The translations under genes and the position numbers were made by a program. The notes beneath the pieces were generated by a model that was given only the letters and a program-made list of their open reading frames with translations, made no database searches and had not been told where the DNA came from. From Candidatus Parvarchaeum sp. (GTDB lineage Archaea; Nanobdellota; Nanobdellia; Parvarchaeales; Parvarchaeaceae), in NCBI GenBank assembly GCA_049965555.1, contig JBMFWF010000006.1, forward strand, positions 1 through 52,189: a stretch of 52,189 nt of DNA, written 5' to 3'. Shown in pieces: positions 48,912 to 52,189 of this stretch. The first letter of the stretch is position 1. Every line of letters starts with the position of its first letter.

Positions 48912-50636
48912 ATGTCTGATGAAAAATACAAAAACCTAGACACAGATTTATTGATAATTGGAGCAGGGGGCTCCGGATTAAGGGCTGCAGTGGAAGCACT
49001 GAATGATGGTATAAACGTAACAATCCTATCTAAATCCCTACTTGGAAAGGCCCATACTGTAATGGCGGAAGGAGGGATAGCCGCTTCTCTCGGAGATGTA
49101 GACCCGGAAGACAACTGGAAAGTACACTTTAAAGATACAATGGTAGAAGGTGTTTACCTTTCAGACTGGAGATTAGTTGAAAAATTAGCAAAGGAAGCGC
49201 CGGATAGAGTATATGAACTTGAAAGAATGGGAGCGCTATTCGATAGGACCCCAGAGAAAAAAATAATGCAAAGGGCATTTGGTGCACATACTTACAGAAG
49301 GCTATGTCATGTTGGTGATAAAACAGGATTAGAACTTTTGAGAACATTGGAAGATAAGATATTACACAGTAGCAACGTAAAGGTAATGGATGAAGTCTTT
49401 GTAACACAATTGATAAAAAAGAATGATAGGGTTATAGGCGCAATTGCCTTGGACATGAAAAAAGGCGAATTTATTGCAATAAACTCAAAAGCCACAATTA
49501 TTGCAGGCGGAGGTTGCGGCAGAATATATGAAGTTACCTCCAATTCATGGGAAAGCACGGGGGATGGCATAGCACTGGCATTTGATGTAGGCGCAGAGAT
49601 GATGGACATGGAGATGATGCAGTTTCATCCTACTGGAATGGTATGGCCGCCAGGCGTTAGAGGCTTACTTGTAACTGAGGGCGTGAGAGGAGAAGGAGGT
49701 TTGCTTTACAATACAAAGGGAGAACGGTTTATGTTAAGATATTCTCCGCAGAAAAAAGAATTAGATGCTAGGGATGTGGTTGCAAGGTCGATATACAATG
49801 AGATCCAGGAAGGAAGAGGCACGGAACATGGTGGCGTATTTCTAGATATCTCATATAAAGGAAAGGATTTTATAATGAAAAAATTGCCCGGAATGTATAT
49901 GCAATTCAAAGAATTTGCAGGAGTAGACATAACAAAAGAAAAAATGGAAGTAGGCCCTACCACACATTATTACATGGGGGGGATAAAGGTAGATCCTGAA
50001 ACAAACTCAACAAACATAAAAGGCCTATTCGCAGTCGGAGAAGCTGCTGCAGGAGTACATGGTGCTAATAGATTGGGAGGAAACTCGCTGGCAGATTTGC
50101 TGGTATTCGGGAAGTATGTTGGGATAAATGCTGCGCAATATGCCAAAAAATCAAATTTAGAGAGGGTACCCGAAGAAACAATAAAAAGCGAGATAAAGAG
50201 AATCAATGAGTTCATAAATCCAAATGGAACTAACCCTTATTCTCTTACAGAAAAACTTAGAAAGACTATGTCGGAAAATGTGGGCATAGTAAGAAATGAA
50301 CAGAATATGCAGAAAGCCCTTTCAATTATACTTGAAATAAAAAAAGAATACAAAAATATAGGGGTTGGAGGCAACTTACAATACAATCCTGGATTATTAC
50401 AATGCCTCGAACTTCATAGCATGCTTGAAATATCGGAATTGCTTGTTAGGGGAGCAATAATGAGAAAAGAAAGTAGAGGGGCGCATTATAGAAGCGACTT
50501 TCCAAAAAAAGATAAAAATTGGCTAAAAAACATAGTCTTCAGGAAAGATGGTGACAAAGTTGAAAGCTATACATTTTCACCACCCGAAATGCCCCCTTAC
50601 CTTAAAGAGATATTGCCAGAGGAGAAATATGAATAA
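48912..50636 (+). CDS. sdhA: Succinate dehydrogenase/fumarate reductase flavoprotein
   Basis: GAGGSG, AHTVMAEGG (covalent FAD His), QFHPTG, TEGVRGEGG, HYYMGG and HGANRLGGNSL motifs. Confidence 0.95.
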   Translation: MSDEKYKNLDTDLLIIGAGGSGLRAAVEALNDGINVTILSKSLLGKAHTVMAEGGIAASLGDVDPEDNWKVHFKDTMVEGVYLSDWRLVEKLAKEAPDRVYELERMGALFDRTPEKKIMQRAFGAHTYRRLCHVGDKTGLELLRTLEDKILHSSNVKVMDEVFVTQLIKKNDRVIGAIALDMKKGEFIAINSKATIIAGGGCGRIYEVTSNSWESTGDGIALAFDVGAEMMDMEMMQFHPTGMVWPPGVRGLLVTEGVRGEGGLLYNTKGERFMLRYSPQKKELDARDVVARSIYNEIQEGRGTEHGGVFLDISYKGKDFIMKKLPGMYMQFKEFAGVDITKEKMEVGPTTHYYMGGIKVDPETNSTNIKGLFAVGEAAAGVHGANRLGGNSLADLLVFGKYVGINAAQYAKKSNLERVPEETIKSEIKRINEFINPNGTNPYSLTEKLRKTMSENVGIVRNEQNMQKALSIILEIKKEYKNIGVGGNLQYNPGLLQCLELHSMLEISELLVRGAIMRKESRGAHYRSDFPKKDKNWLKNIVFRKDGDKVESYTFSPPEMPPYLKEILPEEKYE

Positions 50637-51375
50637 AGAAGTAAAAATAAATGTGTATAGGTTTGATCCGGAAAAAGACAAAGAAGGAACGTTCCAAGAG
50701 TTTACAGTTCCAATAGAAGAAGGGATGGTTGTTTTGGATGCAGTGCATTATATAGAAAATAATATAGACCCCACGCTAGGGGTAAGATGGAACTGCAAAG
50801 CTGCAAGATGCGGTTCATGTGCCGCAGAAATAAATGGAATACCGAAATTAATGTGCAAAACACGGATAGATTCATTGGGAGATAAAATACACGTGGCACC
50901 GATGAAGGCATTCCCTATCATAAAGGATTTGGTGACAGATGTTTCTAAAAACTGGGAGATAGCCAGGAGAATACCTGAATTTACTCCCAAAAAAGGGTTG
51001 AAAGAGCCATGGCAGATAGATGAAATCGATGTAACGAGGTCAAGAGAATTCAGGAACTGCATAGAATGTTTTCTCTGCCAAGATGTCTGCCATGTTATAA
51101 GAGAGCATGACAAGAATTACATAGGGCCTAGGTTTATGGTAAAAGCAGCATCATTAGATACGCATCCTTTGGATTCAGTAAATCGTTCAAAGTTTCTGCA
51201 TGAGGAAGGAGGAGCAGGCTATTGCAACATAACTAAATGCTGCCAGTCCGTATGTCCTGAGCACATAGCAATAACAGACAATGCTATAATACCTGAAAAA
51301 GAAAGCATAGTTGACAGTTATTATGACCCTATAACTATGCTATTTAATAAAATAAGGAGAAAACATGGAAAGTGA
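50629..51375 (+). CDS. sdhB: Succinate dehydrogenase/fumarate reductase iron-sulfur subunit
   Basis: CKAARCGSC, CIECFLCQDVC and CNITKCCQSVCP; start set at ATG 50629. Confidence 0.95.
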   Translation: MNKEVKINVYRFDPEKDKEGTFQEFTVPIEEGMVVLDAVHYIENNIDPTLGVRWNCKAARCGSCAAEINGIPKLMCKTRIDSLGDKIHVAPMKAFPIIKDLVTDVSKNWEIARRIPEFTPKKGLKEPWQIDEIDVTRSREFRNCIECFLCQDVCHVIREHDKNYIGPRFMVKAASLDTHPLDSVNRSKFLHEEGGAGYCNITKCCQSVCPEHIAITDNAIIPEKESIVDSYYDPITMLFNKIRRKHGK

Positions 51376-52087
51376 AGCAAACTTTTTTAGCACAATAAAA
51401 AAGATGGTTCCTGAATTGTTAGAACCTAATTGGAGATTATGGTCATTTTTGGCGATATTGCTTTTCGCCATAGTTGCTTTGTTTGTCTTCCCAGTAAAAG
51501 AGTACAAAGGATTGATAGATCCCTTCTATTCTCCGACGATACTAGTTGTTCCGGTAGTAGGGCTGTTTAGGTTAACATGCTATGCATACCGTAAAGATTA
51601 CTATAGGAATATTTTTAACCATCCACAAAGTTGTGCCGCTGATGAAAGGAGAGATCCTGCAAGCAGAGGGTATTCTGGAGAAACTACATTATTTGCATTT
51701 AACAACCTGCACAGGTACTTACTATATATAGGTATAGTACTTCTTCCATTTTTTTACTATGACTTTTATGTTTCAGTAACTTACTTTGGAGGATTTGTAT
51801 TAAGATTCGCCAGTGTACTTTTATTAACGAATGCAATATTATTAACCCTTTGGGTATTCTCATGCCATGCCTTTAGACATGTATTTGCTGGCGGAAATGT
51901 AAAATGTTATGACTGTGCATTAAACCCTAAGGCAAGAAAAGGATTCTTCAACGTTCAGTCTATGTTAAATAAACATCATGAAGAATGGGCGTTTATAAGC
52001 TTAGTATTCATAGTACTAGTAGATTTGTACCTTAGAGCATTAGCAGCAGGCTGGCCAGTTGACTTTAGAATTTTGCAGGTGGTATAA
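51365..52087 (+). CDS. Succinate dehydrogenase membrane anchor, mycobacterial Sdh1 (Rv0249c)-like
   Basis: PFYSP, FRLTCYAYRKDYYR, YSGET, NLHRY and SCHAFRH motifs. Confidence 0.75.
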   Translation: MESEANFFSTIKKMVPELLEPNWRLWSFLAILLFAIVALFVFPVKEYKGLIDPFYSPTILVVPVVGLFRLTCYAYRKDYYRNIFNHPQSCAADERRDPASRGYSGETTLFAFNNLHRYLLYIGIVLLPFFYYDFYVSVTYFGGFVLRFASVLLLTNAILLTLWVFSCHAFRHVFAGGNVKCYDCALNPKARKGFFNVQSMLNKHHEEWAFISLVFIVLVDLYLRALAAGWPVDFRILQVV

Positions 52088-52088
52088 T

Positions 52089-52189
52089 ATGCACTTTCCC
52101 GACAGATATAGGTACCCTTTATTTTTCATTGGATTGCTTTTGATGATAGCTGCTGCTTTTCTGTATAAATACAATATTTTAACATTAGA
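52089..52189 (+). CDS. Partial membrane protein, possibly part of the sdh operon
   Basis: ATG 1 nt after the previous stop; MHFPDRYRYPLFFIGLLLMIAAAFLYKYNILTL, open to the window end. Confidence 0.6.
   Translation, partial: MHFPDRYRYPLFFIGLLLMIAAAFLYKYNILTL

Noticed and set aside
50548-50628. Extended start of sdhB
   Set aside because: It overlaps sdhA by 89 nt; ATG 50629, preceded by GAGGAG, is more plausible.
1-52189. CRISPR array, tRNA/rRNA, integrase, reverse transcriptase or DGR repeats
   Set aside because: No regularly spaced repeats, cloverleaf motifs, TR/VR pairs or such proteins were seen by eye. Fragmented or intron-containing tRNAs could have been missed.

Overview
AT-rich, gene-dense archaeal chromosomal segment. 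Archaeal ribosomal proteins, Rpo12, Pcc1, Hjc and Sec61beta, plus a single-chain fused PriS-PriL primase, point to a DPANN/Nanobdellati archaeon; a Parvarchaeum-like acidophile is my inference. Most of the window is housekeeping: translation, replication, upper glycolysis, TCA enzymes, a nuoABCDHI module, a three-subunit succinate dehydrogenase and sufCBD. The most notable accessory signals are: (1) an orphan ~290-nt structured element ending in an IS200/IS605 TnpB-type right end/omegaRNA scaffold with no intact tnpB or tnpA, placed head-to-head with the suf operon; (2) a dispersed family of class III signal (pilin-like) genes with an invariant 34-aa N-terminus, including one copy whose leader is split at a (CA)5 repeat and one decayed copy, together with a type IV pilus ATPase/TadC/sedolisin cluster; (3) an atypical mer operon with a Cys-Cys membrane protein and an exported redoxin; (4) a mycobacterial Sdh1-like membrane anchor. 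No rRNA, tRNA or CRISPR array was seen. All assignments come from motif recognition by eye; no searches were run.
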